Of a DNA stretch of 64,000 nucleotides, positions 30,996 to 40,499 are shown piece by piece; positions within the stretch are counted from its first letter, which is position 1, and the number at the start of each line of letters is the position of its first letter. The stretch is from a virus, in the IMG/VR virus record IMGVR_UViG_3300034072_000578, positions 44,413-108,412 of that record. One strand, given 5' to 3'. The notes beneath the pieces are model-generated. The model worked only from the letters and a program-made list of their open reading frames with translations. It was not told the DNA's origin and did not search any database. A program made the position numbers and the translations under genes.

Positions 30996-31436
30996 TCAGT
31001 CAAAGAACAGGTGCTGGTTATTGTCTGGTGATGTAGGGGGCGACCAACCGTGTCTTACTTCTACAGGACTCATCGTGATAGTTGGCTGCGGACCATCGAA
31101 GGTTACGACGGCATTGGCGATCTGCTCTGCCTCATTAAGGGCTGCTCTTGTGGCCTTGCTCTTATAATCATCTTCTAGCTCTGGCTTGTAGAAACCCTCA
31201 CCGGTCATTTCTTCTAGAAGCTGGTTTGAGAAGGGGTCTTTGTAGATTTCGCCTTCCCGTGAGTTCTCTAGATTTTTGTAATAGGTGGCAGCAGTGCGAA
31301 TCAGCCTGATTTGTTTGTCGATCAAGGTTTCGCCGCTACTAAAAATGACCATAGATGCGGGGTTGAAGCCGAAACTATGGTCATAACGCTTTGCCATGCT
31401 GATTAATAATCCAGCAGTTAACGGTAAAATATTCAT
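30996..31436 (-). CDS. hypothetical protein
   Basis: SMA.RYDHSFG...EE..G.GFY. Confidence 0.55.
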   Translation of the reverse strand: MNILPLTAGLLISMAKRYDHSFGFNPASMVIFSSGETLIDKQIRLIRTAATYYKNLENSREGEIYKDPFSNQLLEEMTGEGFYKPELEDDYKSKATRAALNEAEQIANAVVTFDGPQPTITMSPVEVRHGWSPPTSPDNNQHLFFD

Positions 31437-31517
31437 ATTCCATAAACCTTTCATATATTTAACTTAACATTATATCGCTAAGTGTTTGTTTTATAACGAT
31501 TTTATTATGTTAAGAAG

Positions 31518-32096
31518 TTAAGCCTTCTTCTTGGCCCACTTCTTATGAAGTTTACCGTCAGGCTTATACCATTCCACCTGAACGATAATGCCACGGTTTA
31601 CCATACTCACCCCGCGCTGATATTGGAACGTAGCGGCGGACAATGTCTGCCGCGCTTCGATGAAAGTCTTGTTGGGGTTCTCATGGATGAACTTGACATG
31701 GTGAAGGCGCTCCTGCGCTTCCAGATGCTCCATAGCGTAGGCTTCAAGGCACATAGTTCGTTTTCCTTTCGTGTCTTTGTAGGCTGCAACTTTGTCGGGA
31801 TTAGCATCGCGCCATTCCTTGGACTTATCGCGAGAAGTTGCTACGTCTTTATGATAATAACGCATTCTCGCTTTACCCCTATTCTTCTTACCATTAGGGG
31901 TTTTATAGTAATCCTTAGCGTATTTTGCGATCTTATCTTTATTGCGTTGCCTATAAGCTCGGTCAACCTCTGCCTTATTCTTACGCTTTATTAGTTGTTC
32001 TACTCTATCAAGCTCTTCTTTTGTTAGCGCCCTAGTTTTGTTGATGACATTATATACTTCTATCATGCCATCATAATCTATAGCTTTACCTGCCAT
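31518..32096 (-). CDS. basic hypothetical protein with Y/K-rich helical repeats
   Basis: AYRQRNKDKIAKYAKDYY-type repeats as seen in homing endonuclease linkers; no catalytic motif seen. Confidence 0.55.
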   Translation of the reverse strand: MAGKAIDYDGMIEVYNVINKTRALTKEELDRVEQLIKRKNKAEVDRAYRQRNKDKIAKYAKDYYKTPNGKKNRGKARMRYYHKDVATSRDKSKEWRDANPDKVAAYKDTKGKRTMCLEAYAMEHLEAQERLHHVKFIHENPNKTFIEARQTLSAATFQYQRGVSMVNRGIIVQVEWYKPDGKLHKKWAKKKA

Positions 32097-32157
32097 TCAC
32101 TCCGAACCCCATCGTGGATATCAGCGATCATATGCAGATGGACGTGGAAATCAAGGG

Positions 32158-32604
32158 TTAATCTTCGATTCGCAGCAGCTTCACCCCAGATTCGGCGAAA
32201 AGCTGTTCCGAAAGGGCAATCTCATCCGCCCATCGCGTCAAAAGATCGTCAGATGCCGGGATTGTATAGACCGTCTTGATGCCATTAGATATGATCTTTA
32301 ATGCACACTTAGAACAAGGTGGATGCGTTACAACCATTCCATATCCGAAAGTGCATTCTCTCTTATGGTCTAATGCGTTGGCTTCTGCGTGGACGATACG
32401 GTCATATTTCCACTGGCGATCAGCTATCATTCTCTCTAGGTTATCTGGGATGCCCCTAGGAAGCCCGTTAAAGCCGCATGAGACGATGCTTTTGTCTGGG
32501 CGGTATATGATAGCACCGACTTTCGTAGAAGGGTCTAGGGAGCCTCTGGCGACCGCCAAGGCCACATTTGCGAAATAGTTCTGCCATTTACTATTCAACA
32601 ACAT
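32158..32604 (-). CDS. dCMP deaminase
   Basis: S.DPSTKVGA, GFNG.P, HAEANA, PCSKC. Confidence 0.92.
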   Translation of the reverse strand: MLLNSKWQNYFANVALAVARGSLDPSTKVGAIIYRPDKSIVSCGFNGLPRGIPDNLERMIADRQWKYDRIVHAEANALDHKRECTFGYGMVVTHPPCSKCALKIISNGIKTVYTIPASDDLLTRWADEIALSEQLFAESGVKLLRIED

Positions 32605-33049
32605 TTAATACCGCGAATTCTCCATGATGCTCTATGGCTGCAAGGTTGTATGCTTTTGCTGCATCCTTTGGGTCCGAATAATAACCCAGATGCTTTGTTT
32701 TCTTGTTATAAGTGATTTTAGCGCACCATCTATTGCGCTTCTTATCGAAATGGACACCCTTAAAGCCGCTAGTGTTCCTACTCGTTATCCTAGTATTGTA
32801 GGCATTTTGGCCTATACTTGCGTTTCTAAGATTGGATAATCTATTATCTAGTCGGTTTCCGTTCTTATGGTCCGCCACACCCTTGTCTAAATTCAGAATG
32901 AAACGCTGCATCGTGATACGGCGTCCACATATTGTAGTCTGTGCGTAGCCATTCTCATCTATCCACCAAGAATAATAGGATAATAACGGATATAGCTCTT
33001 CATCAATTAGAATCGGTGTCCCATTAGTTGCCAGAATCTCATTCGTCAT
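32591..33049 (-). CDS. HNH-AP2 homing endonuclease
   Basis: DHKNGNRLDNRLSNLR and NTSGFKGV...W.A.I...HLG...AA.AYN.AA..HGEFA. Confidence 0.92.
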   Translation of the reverse strand: MTNEILATNGTPILIDEELYPLLSYYSWWIDENGYAQTTICGRRITMQRFILNLDKGVADHKNGNRLDNRLSNLRNASIGQNAYNTRITSRNTSGFKGVHFDKKRNRWCAKITYNKKTKHLGYYSDPKDAAKAYNLAAIEHHGEFAVLNVVE

Positions 33050-33123
33050 AGGAGGGTTTCTCTTCTTTCTTCTTATTAGGGATAACTTGCTTCCTTTTGA
33101 AGCGGACTTCTACCGCAAAGGGA

Positions 33124-33414
33124 TTACGGGTCTTTCTTTTTGGTTCTTTCTTCATTGTAAACTCTTAGTCTTTCCATTCCTGCGGGTGCAATGAGCATGG
33201 AACCCCGGATATATACTTCCTTGTCCCAAACTCTTTCCGATCCAGATATCATTCTGATGTTCTCCACGCCGATGATTTCGGTTAGTAGCTTGTTCCATAG
33301 ATCGCTACGGGTCCAAGTGATGTCCCTATAGACCCAACCGGGAGCTTCTAGTTGCTCTTGCATGGCTTCTTCGATGGCATTGTGCATACTCATCATTAGT
33401 TCTTTATCATTCAT
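33124..33414 (-). CDS. hypothetical protein
   Basis: ORF from MNDKELMM. Confidence 0.5.
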   Translation of the reverse strand: MNDKELMMSMHNAIEEAMQEQLEAPGWVYRDITWTRSDLWNKLLTEIIGVENIRMISGSERVWDKEVYIRGSMLIAPAGMERLRVYNEERTKKKDP

Positions 33415-33481
33415 TCTACACCTGTGAGGCTGATAGTTTCGACAAGAGTTTTTAGCGACTCTGAAATTTAGAGCCATTTCT

Positions 33482-33553
33482 TAAAAACAGCCCAAATTAC
33501 CCTTATTTAGCGTTTATTTGTAAACATTTATAAGGACGTTTGGGCTGTTTTTA
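33482..33553. repeat. inverted repeat in an AT-rich intergenic region
   Basis: TAAAAACAGCCCAAA/TTTGGGCTGTTTTTA. Confidence 0.65.
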
Positions 33554-33637
33554 TTATAGTTGTATAAATGCGTTTTTAACGGATATTAACTTTCTTCCTC
33601 GTCTTCGGGAAGCCAATCAACCCATTCTTCCGGCCAT

Positions 33638-34054
33638 TTATAGGACGGTGACGTTAGATAACTTGCCATTTACAAAGTCTACCTTGATTAAGCCAGCGTG
33701 ATTATCTTTACCGGCGTTTCTTTTGGCATCCTCTGGAGTGTCATAATATGCCCCGGTAATATCGGTGTAAACGTTGGTATATTTGCTCATCATCACCGGT
33801 GGTTCTACTAGGTCTAGCGGATGCTGCGAATGTTCATACTTGCCGGTAGTGGCGTTGTAGGCGGTAATAGCACCGCAATAATGACCTTCGTTATTGTAAG
33901 AGTAAGCAATCTCTTCATGGGCTTCATCACTGCCCCACTTCTTGCCGCTTTCTACTAGAGCGACAATTGGATAATCGCCTTTCTTAGTAGTGCAGATGAT
34001 GCGGGCATTATGGCCGCTTACAGTTACATATTTCTTAGATGGATCAATCTTCAT
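33638..34054 (-). CDS. hypothetical protein
   Basis: K.Y.T.SG..ARIICT...YPIVAL...DLV. Confidence 0.65.
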   Translation of the reverse strand: MKIDPSKKYVTVSGHNARIICTTKKGDYPIVALVESGKKWGSDEAHEEIAYSYNNEGHYCGAITAYNATTGKYEHSQHPLDLVEPPVMMSKYTNVYTDITGAYYDTPEDAKRNAGKDNHAGLIKVDFVNGKLSNVTVL

Positions 34055-34057
34055 ATA

Positions 34058-34543
34058 TTACCTTTCGTAAACGCGAAACTTCTGTGAAGCGAAATCCCAA
34101 GCAATGATCCGGCCCCCGCATGACAGATGGCTCTTACAAGCCTCGCGGACGGCCTCTACAGCCTCAACGCCGTTGTTTAGGTAGTGCTGGGCTATGTGCT
34201 GGCCCGATCCCCACGCAGCAGGCTCTGTGACCGTCGCAAACAGGCCGGTAGTCTCTAGCTCGATGCACCTGCCAGCTTTGTTAACCAGAATAGCGGTGGT
34301 GTCATACATACCCGGATAGTTGCTATCGTCGGGCGTTTCAAACGGCTCAAAACCGTTCTGCTCGATATGGGCGATCCATGGTTCGATAACCATTACTGCC
34401 CCGCAAAATGCCCCTATGAACTTCCCTAGGGTTGGGTGGTTTACTTCTCTTAGTTTCCATTCCTTATCTGAAACTAAATTATCACCGATAGTAGACCGAC
34501 CATCGGCTACTAATAAGGTCTTATCCCAAGCAATTACTGTCAT
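34058..34543 (-). CDS. Ntn-hydrolase/HslV-like peptidase
   Basis: N-terminal MTVIAWD...ADG, A.GSG...A, GG.I. Confidence 0.7.
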   Translation of the reverse strand: MTVIAWDKTLLVADGRSTIGDNLVSDKEWKLREVNHPTLGKFIGAFCGAVMVIEPWIAHIEQNGFEPFETPDDSNYPGMYDTTAILVNKAGRCIELETTGLFATVTEPAAWGSGQHIAQHYLNNGVEAVEAVREACKSHLSCGGRIIAWDFASQKFRVYER

Positions 34544-34911
34544 TAATTCATTCCGTGTTTATCTGTAGTCCAAAAGGCTTGGCTAATTCCATATGCCTTT
34601 AAAGCCTTTCTACAACCATCACACGGTTTAGCAAGCGCTGGTGCCCCGTTTCTTGCCACTCTTGCTACAAAGATTGTCGATCCTCTTAGCTCATGTCTTT
34701 TCTTCGCTTTAAGAGCATTCTTAATAGCGTCTATTTCCGCATGTTTGCAGATGGCTAAAGGATGCGGGGAAAAGCGAGACTGTAAAGGATCGGTCTTAAA
34801 CGAATTTAGCCCGACGCTTATTACCTTTTTGCGTCGGGCTATAACCGCTGCCATTTTAGGCAGGTTTTCTACAGGATTAGCTCTGGCGACCGCCAAGGCC
34901 ATGTCGATCAT
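34543..34911 (-). CDS. cytidine/deoxycytidylate deaminase-like protein
   Basis: HAEIDAI...AKPCDGC. Confidence 0.85.
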   Translation of the reverse strand: MIDMALAVARANPVENLPKMAAVIARRKKVISVGLNSFKTDPLQSRFSPHPLAICKHAEIDAIKNALKAKKRHELRGSTIFVARVARNGAPALAKPCDGCRKALKAYGISQAFWTTDKHGMN

Positions 34912-35098
34912 GAACGCCCTCGTAAATGTCTGGGATATCGAAGGGAGCCAGCTTTACAGCGGCCCGATAAATCCAGTCATACAGCGCCCATGAACGAATA
35001 TAAATAGCTTGTGGCAATAGTCTTACCAAGATTACTTCCAGAAGGAAGTAAGTATTAAGCAGCAAGCTTGCTACCGCCATCATTATTAAGTCTGTCAT
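34877..35098 (-). CDS. small membrane protein
   Basis: Hydrophobic N-terminus. Confidence 0.4.
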   Translation of the reverse strand: MTDLIMMAVASLLLNTYFLLEVILVRLLPQAIYIRSWALYDWIYRAAVKLAPFDIPDIYEGVHDRHGLGGRQS

Positions 35099-35372
35099 TC
35101 ACTCTAGTTACCCGTCCGTTTCTTGCCGTCCAGCTAGAGATAAACACTTGCTGGCTTTCGGTCTTTATTTCCCACATTACTTCCGGGTGTTGTTTACTAA
35201 GTCTCTCTAGTCTCAGCGCCAGATTGTGCTTGTTTACGTATTTCATATGATCGTCGGTAATATTACCGCTGCTATCGACATATGGTAGTTCCGCACGAAA
35301 CATAAGATGGTAATATCTGTCCATCGTGGTAACGCTAGCAGGAACTGTTAATTTGTATTCTAGCAAACGCAT
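35055..35372 (-). CDS. hypothetical protein
   Basis: GAGG RBS. Confidence 0.55.
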   Translation of the reverse strand: MRLLEYKLTVPASVTTMDRYYHLMFRAELPYVDSSGNITDDHMKYVNKHNLALRLERLSKQHPEVMWEIKTESQQVFISSWTARNGRVTRVNDRLNNDGGSKLAA

Positions 35373-35384
35373 TGTAAAACCTCA

Positions 35385-35413
35385 ATAAAAAAGCCCGCCA
35401 TTGAGGCGGGCTT
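35385..35413 (-). terminator. intrinsic terminator after the tRNA
   Basis: AAGCCCGCC/GGCGGGCTT stem with a U-run on the - strand. Confidence 0.8.
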
Positions 35414-35418
35414 ATTGT

Positions 35419-35494
35419 TGGTGGGCGTGGTAGGGATCGAACCTACGACCTAGCCGTTATGAGCGACCAGCTACTACCACTGAGCTACACGCCC
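35419..35494 (-). tRNA. tRNA(CAT): elongator Met or Ile2
   Basis: GGGCGTG/CACGCCC acceptor, loop CTCATAA, CCA. Confidence 0.88.
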
Positions 35495-35666
35495 ACTAAT
35501 TAATAAGCCGCTACGCCGTAATTGGCTTCACCGGGACGGTTCGCACTGCGGTTGACCTGCTGGACGATGCAGTTATCACCGGAGCCTGCGACCTCATAAT
35601 AGAGGTTGGGGTTGCCACGAACAAGGTTGTTCAGCCCATTTGCCCGCTTACGTGCCTTCTCTTCGG

Positions 35667-36059
35667 TCATGCTTCCGTTGCCTCTTCTGTGGTTGCTAGT
35701 TTGCGCATTTCTGCTGCGATTTCGGGGAAGCTTTTGTAGCCGCCATCGTTCATGGAAACGAATTCGCTGATCTGCGGATGACTTAGGCCGGATATGCCAG
35801 CGACATATAACGACCGATCAAAGATGCCACCGCTATCCCCATGATACCGGTCATCGGCTTGGATGATGCGGGACATTGCGTCCTGTTCCCGATCTGTGGT
35901 TTCCGTATGAACCGCGATCATCACATGAAGGCAACAAAAGCCACCTTTCTGGACGTGGGGGCTGAATTCTCCACCGCCCCAAGTATGTCGCGCTTGTGGG
36001 AACTTACCGCTTTCAAGGGCTTCTGCGGTCTTAAGAAGCAACTCTTTATTAAGAGCCAT
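35667..36059 (-). CDS. hypothetical protein (paralog of 16915-17268)
   Basis: AEALESGKFPQAR..WG...GFCCLHV...MND...SFPEIA. Confidence 0.7.
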   Translation of the reverse strand: MALNKELLLKTAEALESGKFPQARHTWGGGEFSPHVQKGGFCCLHVMIAVHTETTDREQDAMSRIIQADDRYHGDSGGIFDRSLYVAGISGLSHPQISEFVSMNDGGYKSFPEIAAEMRKLATTEEATEA

Positions 36060-36074
36060 ATTAAATACCTTGTT

Positions 36075-36150
36075 TGGAACCCCGGACGGGAATCGAACCC
36101 GCGCTATACCTCTTTTGCAGGGAGGCGCATTTCCACTTTGCTACCGGGAT
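36075..36150 (-). tRNA. trnC: tRNA-Cys(GCA)
   Basis: Loop CTGCAAA, U73, CCA. Confidence 0.88.
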
Positions 36151-36316
36151 TACAGGTTAGCGAAGAAGCTCTTTACCGGCGAGGTAGGGAGCGCGAAGGA
36201 CAGCAATGAAGCTATCGAAGTTGAAGCCGGTTAGATCGCCTTCGCTATTGGCGAGGAAGTAACCGAGGGTAAGATAAGCGATAAGAAAGTATAACATAAA
36301 AGCTTTCTGTGAAAGA

Positions 36317-36394
36317 TGGTGATCCCGGTTGGACTCGAACCAACAACCTGTCGCTTAGAAGGCGACCGCTCTTTTCCAGTTGAGCTACGGGACC
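36317..36394 (-). tRNA. trnR: tRNA-Arg(TCT)
   Basis: Loop CTTCTAA, CCA. Confidence 0.93.
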
Positions 36395-36436
36395 ATGTGG
36401 GGTAGCTTTTACACTACCCCGTTGAAATGTCAACCG

Positions 36437-37180
36437 TTATTTGCGGGCGACGGCGGGAGTGAAATAGCACTTGATGCTGTCGATGATGTCCTTGGAATGG
36501 ATCACCGGCAACGTTACCGTCCGACCAGCAAGGAAGTTGGTGATGGCGGTTGCCGTTCCCTTCTTCTTGTTGAAGTTATCGGAGGGGTGACATACCGAGG
36601 TTGCTACCTCGAAAGTCTGGGCATCCCGTTCATTCCCGTTGAAGCCTTCCGGCGTCTTGTAAACGACGGTCAAACCGACATTGGGAATATCTTGGGAATA
36701 AATATGGACCACCTTGAGTCCATGATGCTGGAGAATGACGCCGTTGTCCTGCGTCTCGAAAGGCTTCATGGCCTTCTTATGGGCGTCCAGCATCGGGGCG
36801 ACGATATCGGAAAGGGTTTCACCTTCCGGCTTCTCCGAAGCTTCCTTGGCCAGCGCTTCGACCGCGCCGATGATCGCATCGCCGATCACATCACCGAGCG
36901 TCAAAGGCTGCTCGCTACCTTTCTCGCGAAGACCGGTGAGAATGTCACTGAGCGTCTTGCCAGCGGGAGGAACATGATTGCGAAGATGGTCCTTCGCCGA
37001 CTCTTTCAGTTCGGCGAGCTTTTCGGCCGGAACACCGGGCTTGGGCGAATAGAGAACGCCGCCCATTTCGAACGAACCATCTTCATATTCGGTGAAGGAA
37101 TGCCCGTTAATGATTTCGGTCTTCCCCTCACCAGTAATTGCGCCCAAGATCAGCGGAAGAATATCACTAAGACCGTTCAT
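36437..37180 (-). CDS. hypothetical protein
   Basis: Repeated LSDIL/LGDVI motifs; C-terminal ATSVCHPSDNFNKKKG...A domain. Confidence 0.7.
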   Translation of the reverse strand: MNGLSDILPLILGAITGEGKTEIINGHSFTEYEDGSFEMGGVLYSPKPGVPAEKLAELKESAKDHLRNHVPPAGKTLSDILTGLREKGSEQPLTLGDVIGDAIIGAVEALAKEASEKPEGETLSDIVAPMLDAHKKAMKPFETQDNGVILQHHGLKVVHIYSQDIPNVGLTVVYKTPEGFNGNERDAQTFEVATSVCHPSDNFNKKKGTATAITNFLAGRTVTLPVIHSKDIIDSIKCYFTPAVARK

Positions 37181-37198
37181 AAAGAATGCTTTCTAATA

Positions 37199-37286
37199 TG
37201 GTGGGGAAGGTGGGATTCGAACCCACTCAAGGTTTCCCTAGCAGATTTACAGTCTGCCCCAAGCTCTCCAACTCTGGCGCTTCCCC
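37199..37286 (-). tRNA. trnY: tRNA-Tyr(GTA)
   Basis: Loop CTGTAAA, variable arm, CCA. Confidence 0.92.
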
Positions 37287-37327
37287 ACGATTGGACGGGA
37301 GCCGATTCCCCCGTCCGTGATGCCCTT

Positions 37328-38353
37328 TTACACGGTCGCAAGAGTGCCGTCAACTGGCCAACCTTGCGAAAGAGCAAATCTTTCTAGCTCTGACTTCTTA
37401 AGCGACTGACACCCCATTCTTACGCCACCCTTGTTATCGAGTCCTACATCATATCCACGAATAGAACCTACGTTAACGTGGTAGCCTTCGTTATACCGAT
37501 TACGGTAATAATCGTTAGCCATTTCCTGATTACCGAACGCATAAGGTGCAAGCTTATTGAAGCCTTGGCGGATCAGGTTCAGGCTAGTGCGCTGACCGTC
37601 CGAACCAATAACATCATCGCGGGAACCTGACCGAATTACGCGGAGTCGCTGGCCACCGCCCTGACCTTTGACATATCGAATGTCTTTGTCGGTCATCTTT
37701 TCGCCGTTATCCCATTTTTCAATGGCTTCTCTGGTAGTGGCGTCAAGTGCTGCAAGTTCTAGCTTCTTCCTTGCATCCTGTTCTTCCCGGCGCTTTTCAT
37801 CGAAGAAAGTAACAATTTCGGTTTCGGTTTCATCGATTTCATCCCTGATCGGATCAAGGGTAAGCCGCCATGTGGAACGTAGAGTGCCAAGCTCTGCCTC
37901 ATGCTGCTCGCGAAGCGCTCTTTCAGCATCAGCGAAGCGCTTGTTAACCACATCGATCTGAGCGTTATATTCCGATTCGGCTTTATCCTTCTTAGCGATC
38001 AGATTATATGCCGCCAGCGAAAAAGTCTTGCCGAAAGTCTTGCCGATTTCGATTAGCTTATCCAGCCGACCTTGACGGAAATCTTCGAGTCTTTTGGTGG
38101 GACTTAGAAGATCACTGAAACTCCCTACTCGAAGGAAGTTCTTACCTTCCTTGACGGTCGAAACCAAGAGCGCATCATTGACTTCATCCGTCAGGTTATT
38201 AGCTACCAGAATAGCAGCATCGGACTTCTTAGCGATTAGTCGCTTGTCCATGTAAAGATTTTCATCTTTGAAAGATAAAGAACCGTATAAACCTTCTTCT
38301 TCGCCATTGAGATATGCGGCGACGATATTCGAAACGTTATCATAGGTCTTCAT
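37328..38353 (-). CDS. hypothetical coiled-coil protein
   Basis: Long ORF, start at MKTYDN. Confidence 0.65.
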   Translation of the reverse strand: MKTYDNVSNIVAAYLNGEEEGLYGSLSFKDENLYMDKRLIAKKSDAAILVANNLTDEVNDALLVSTVKEGKNFLRVGSFSDLLSPTKRLEDFRQGRLDKLIEIGKTFGKTFSLAAYNLIAKKDKAESEYNAQIDVVNKRFADAERALREQHEAELGTLRSTWRLTLDPIRDEIDETETEIVTFFDEKRREEQDARKKLELAALDATTREAIEKWDNGEKMTDKDIRYVKGQGGGQRLRVIRSGSRDDVIGSDGQRTSLNLIRQGFNKLAPYAFGNQEMANDYYRNRYNEGYHVNVGSIRGYDVGLDNKGGVRMGCQSLKKSELERFALSQGWPVDGTLATV

Positions 38354-38444
38354 ATATAATATGCTTTCTAATGGAGAAATGGACGCACGAACCCTAGGGA
38401 AGCGTTCTGAATTGAACATGGGGGATGCTTCCCTAGGGAAACTG

Positions 38445-38681
38445 TTAGGAAAGGAGGTTGGCTAGGTTGCCACCGATACGACGGGCTTTATCAGCTTCCG
38501 TCTCTGCTGCCTCAGCAGCCTTCGCAGCAGCTTCTGCTACGGCCTTGGCCTTCTCTGCCTTGTTGACCTGATGGACAACTGCCTTGTCTAGCTTGGCAAC
38601 GGCCTTATTGATCGACTTGACCGCCTTAGCGGCATTTGGTTCACCGAAAATGATGTAGAAAATACGTAATAAGCTATTCAT
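38445..38681 (-). CDS. small Ala-rich coiled-coil protein
   Basis: 78-aa ORF. Confidence 0.6.
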   Translation of the reverse strand: MNSLLRIFYIIFGEPNAAKAVKSINKAVAKLDKAVVHQVNKAEKAKAVAEAAAKAAEAAETEADKARRIGGNLANLLS

Positions 38682-38698
38682 GTCTTACTTTCCGTTGT

Positions 38699-38785
38699 TG
38701 GTAGGGGTAATGGGACTCGAACCCATACGGCCTTTCGGCCACTGCATTTTGAGTGCAGCGCGTCTACCAGTTCCGCCATACCCCC
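38699..38785 (-). tRNA. trnL: tRNA-Leu(CAA)
   Basis: Loop CTCAAAA, GGCC-GAAA-GGCC variable arm, CCA. Confidence 0.93.
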
Positions 38786-38791
38786 GTGGTG

Positions 38792-39130
38792 TTAGGGCAA
38801 AAGCCCCGAACGTCTTAGCCGATAGTCCCGGTTAATGGACTCGACATCGTTATTGAAATCTTCTCTGGCCTTCCACTTATCGAATTGATACTGCTGCCAG
38901 ATAGGATCATCTTCATAAGAGGGCTTCGTGCGGGGCATATCCTTGTAGGGCTGTCCCGAAGCCTTCTCATAGCAGTAAGCTACCGCCTGCTGCTGTTGCT
39001 GGTAGGTGGCCCTCTTGTTGTTCAGGGTCGGCTCATAGCATTCCCTGAAAATATCCCCGCCAGACTTCTGGGCCATGGCCGGAGCGGAAACCGAGAGCAA
39101 AGCGGCAACGATAGCTAGATTGATTCGCAT
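38792..39130 (-). CDS. secreted protein
   Basis: Signal peptide ending in AMA; AGGAGG RBS. Confidence 0.65.
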   Translation of the reverse strand: MRINLAIVAALLSVSAPAMAQKSGGDIFRECYEPTLNNKRATYQQQQQAVAYCYEKASGQPYKDMPRTKPSYEDDPIWQQYQFDKWKAREDFNNDVESINRDYRLRRSGLLP

Positions 39131-39183
39131 GATTCATTCCTCCTATCGTCCCACTTTACAGCGGTTTACCGCCCAATCAAGCC

Positions 39184-39435
39184 TTAATCGATGGGGACCA
39201 GCTTAAAACCCTGCGATGCGAAATAAGATAGCATTGCAAAAGCGGCGCTATAAAGAGAGCCACGAAATTCATGGGGAAGGTCTTGGAAGGACACGTTAGA
39301 ATGCAAGCTTTTTACTTCCTGCATAAAGGCGTTGTCTACCCCGTTAAACTTACGGCGAGCGTTGACCACATCGACATAAGAGCGAAAGATAGCTTCCTGT
39401 AGGAGGCTAACTGAGCCGTGCTGTTTCTGGATCAT
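39184..39435 (-). CDS. hypothetical protein
   Basis: Coupled ORF. Confidence 0.55.
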   Translation of the reverse strand: MIQKQHGSVSLLQEAIFRSYVDVVNARRKFNGVDNAFMQEVKSLHSNVSFQDLPHEFRGSLYSAAFAMLSYFASQGFKLVPID

Positions 39436-39792
39436 TTAGCCGTGCCTTTCTGCCAGTTCGTTAAACTCTTCCGGCGAAAGCATCTGTTCCCCTTCGGTCG
39501 GTTCTACCACGACTTCTTCGTTGTCGTTGGTAGGAAAATAAATTGGTATCAGTTCTTCGATACGGGCGATAACCTGCTGGAGGTTATAAAGCCGTTCCAT
39601 ATGAAACGGCGTCTTGGTTTTCAGCAGTAGCGACTTCATATGAGCCGCTTTAAGCGCTGTCAAGATGGTTTCGTGATTGTCAGCCCCTAGTTCGATGAGC
39701 AATCCCCGGTTCTTGTAGGTGATTTTAGCCTTGGTAAGAACCGCTTCATAATGAGGGAATTGCTCGGCGGTTAAACGCATTTCGATAGGCAT
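39436..39792 (-). CDS. hypothetical protein
   Basis: GGAG RBS. Confidence 0.6.
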   Translation of the reverse strand: MPIEMRLTAEQFPHYEAVLTKAKITYKNRGLLIELGADNHETILTALKAAHMKSLLLKTKTPFHMERLYNLQQVIARIEELIPIYFPTNDNEEVVVEPTEGEQMLSPEEFNELAERHG

Positions 39793-39813
39793 ATGTGATA
39801 ACTCCGGTAATAA

Positions 39814-40365
39814 TTAGACGATGAACCAGCCGTGACGAACACCCTTGAAGAATGCCTGTGCGTTCACTTCCGTATCGTAGTCCCCCTTATGGGCGAGTCG
39901 CGAATCATAATCAACGTCTAGTGCAAAGCATAGTTCTTCAAGTCTTGGCGACTTTCCTAAGTCGGTTGCGAACGTTCCTTCTACCATAGTATCGAACCAC
40001 TTAGTGTCAGGTAGTTCGAAACCGTTTCTTTCTGCTTCCATTTTAAGGAACGGGTAGTCAAACCCGCCCTCATAATCTGGACCGCCGCCGTTGTGGGCCA
40101 CGATTAAATGGCTTTCTTTCAGCACCTTAATGATTTGAGGGAAGCATTTCGCAATGACCGGCTTCGTCTTCAATTCATCGAGGGCGATGCCATGCACGGC
40201 AAAAGCCTTGGCGTCAATGTTACGCTCTGGGTTAAAACGTAGTAGTAAGTTCCTCTTCTCTTCCTCGGTATCTAAATCGAACTGCCGTAAAGACAGTTCG
40301 ATAATACGATGGTCAGGATGGAGCTTACCAGTGGTTTCTTCGTCTAAGAATGTTACTAAGCGCAT
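39814..40365 (-). CDS. DEDDh 3'-5' exonuclease (DnaQ-like)
   Basis: FLDEETTG, VHGI, VAHN..FD..FL, DT, AH...D. Confidence 0.9.
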   Translation of the reverse strand: MRLVTFLDEETTGKLHPDHRIIELSLRQFDLDTEEEKRNLLLRFNPERNIDAKAFAVHGIALDELKTKPVIAKCFPQIIKVLKESHLIVAHNGGGPDYEGGFDYPFLKMEAERNGFELPDTKWFDTMVEGTFATDLGKSPRLEELCFALDVDYDSRLAHKGDYDTEVNAQAFFKGVRHGWFIV

Positions 40366-40499
40366 TGTTCACTTATAGGATAATAATTAAAATAATAAAG
40401 AGCATTAGATAGAAAAATGCTAGGTCGCCCATTTGATGGCCTTTCTAATAATGGTGGTTAGACCGTAAATTGCTAGCAATTCTACGATGCAAAATAAAC

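Noticed and set aside
33576-33589. TTAA-N6-TTAA as a CtrA box
   Set aside because: Spacing is 6 rather than 7, in AT-rich DNA
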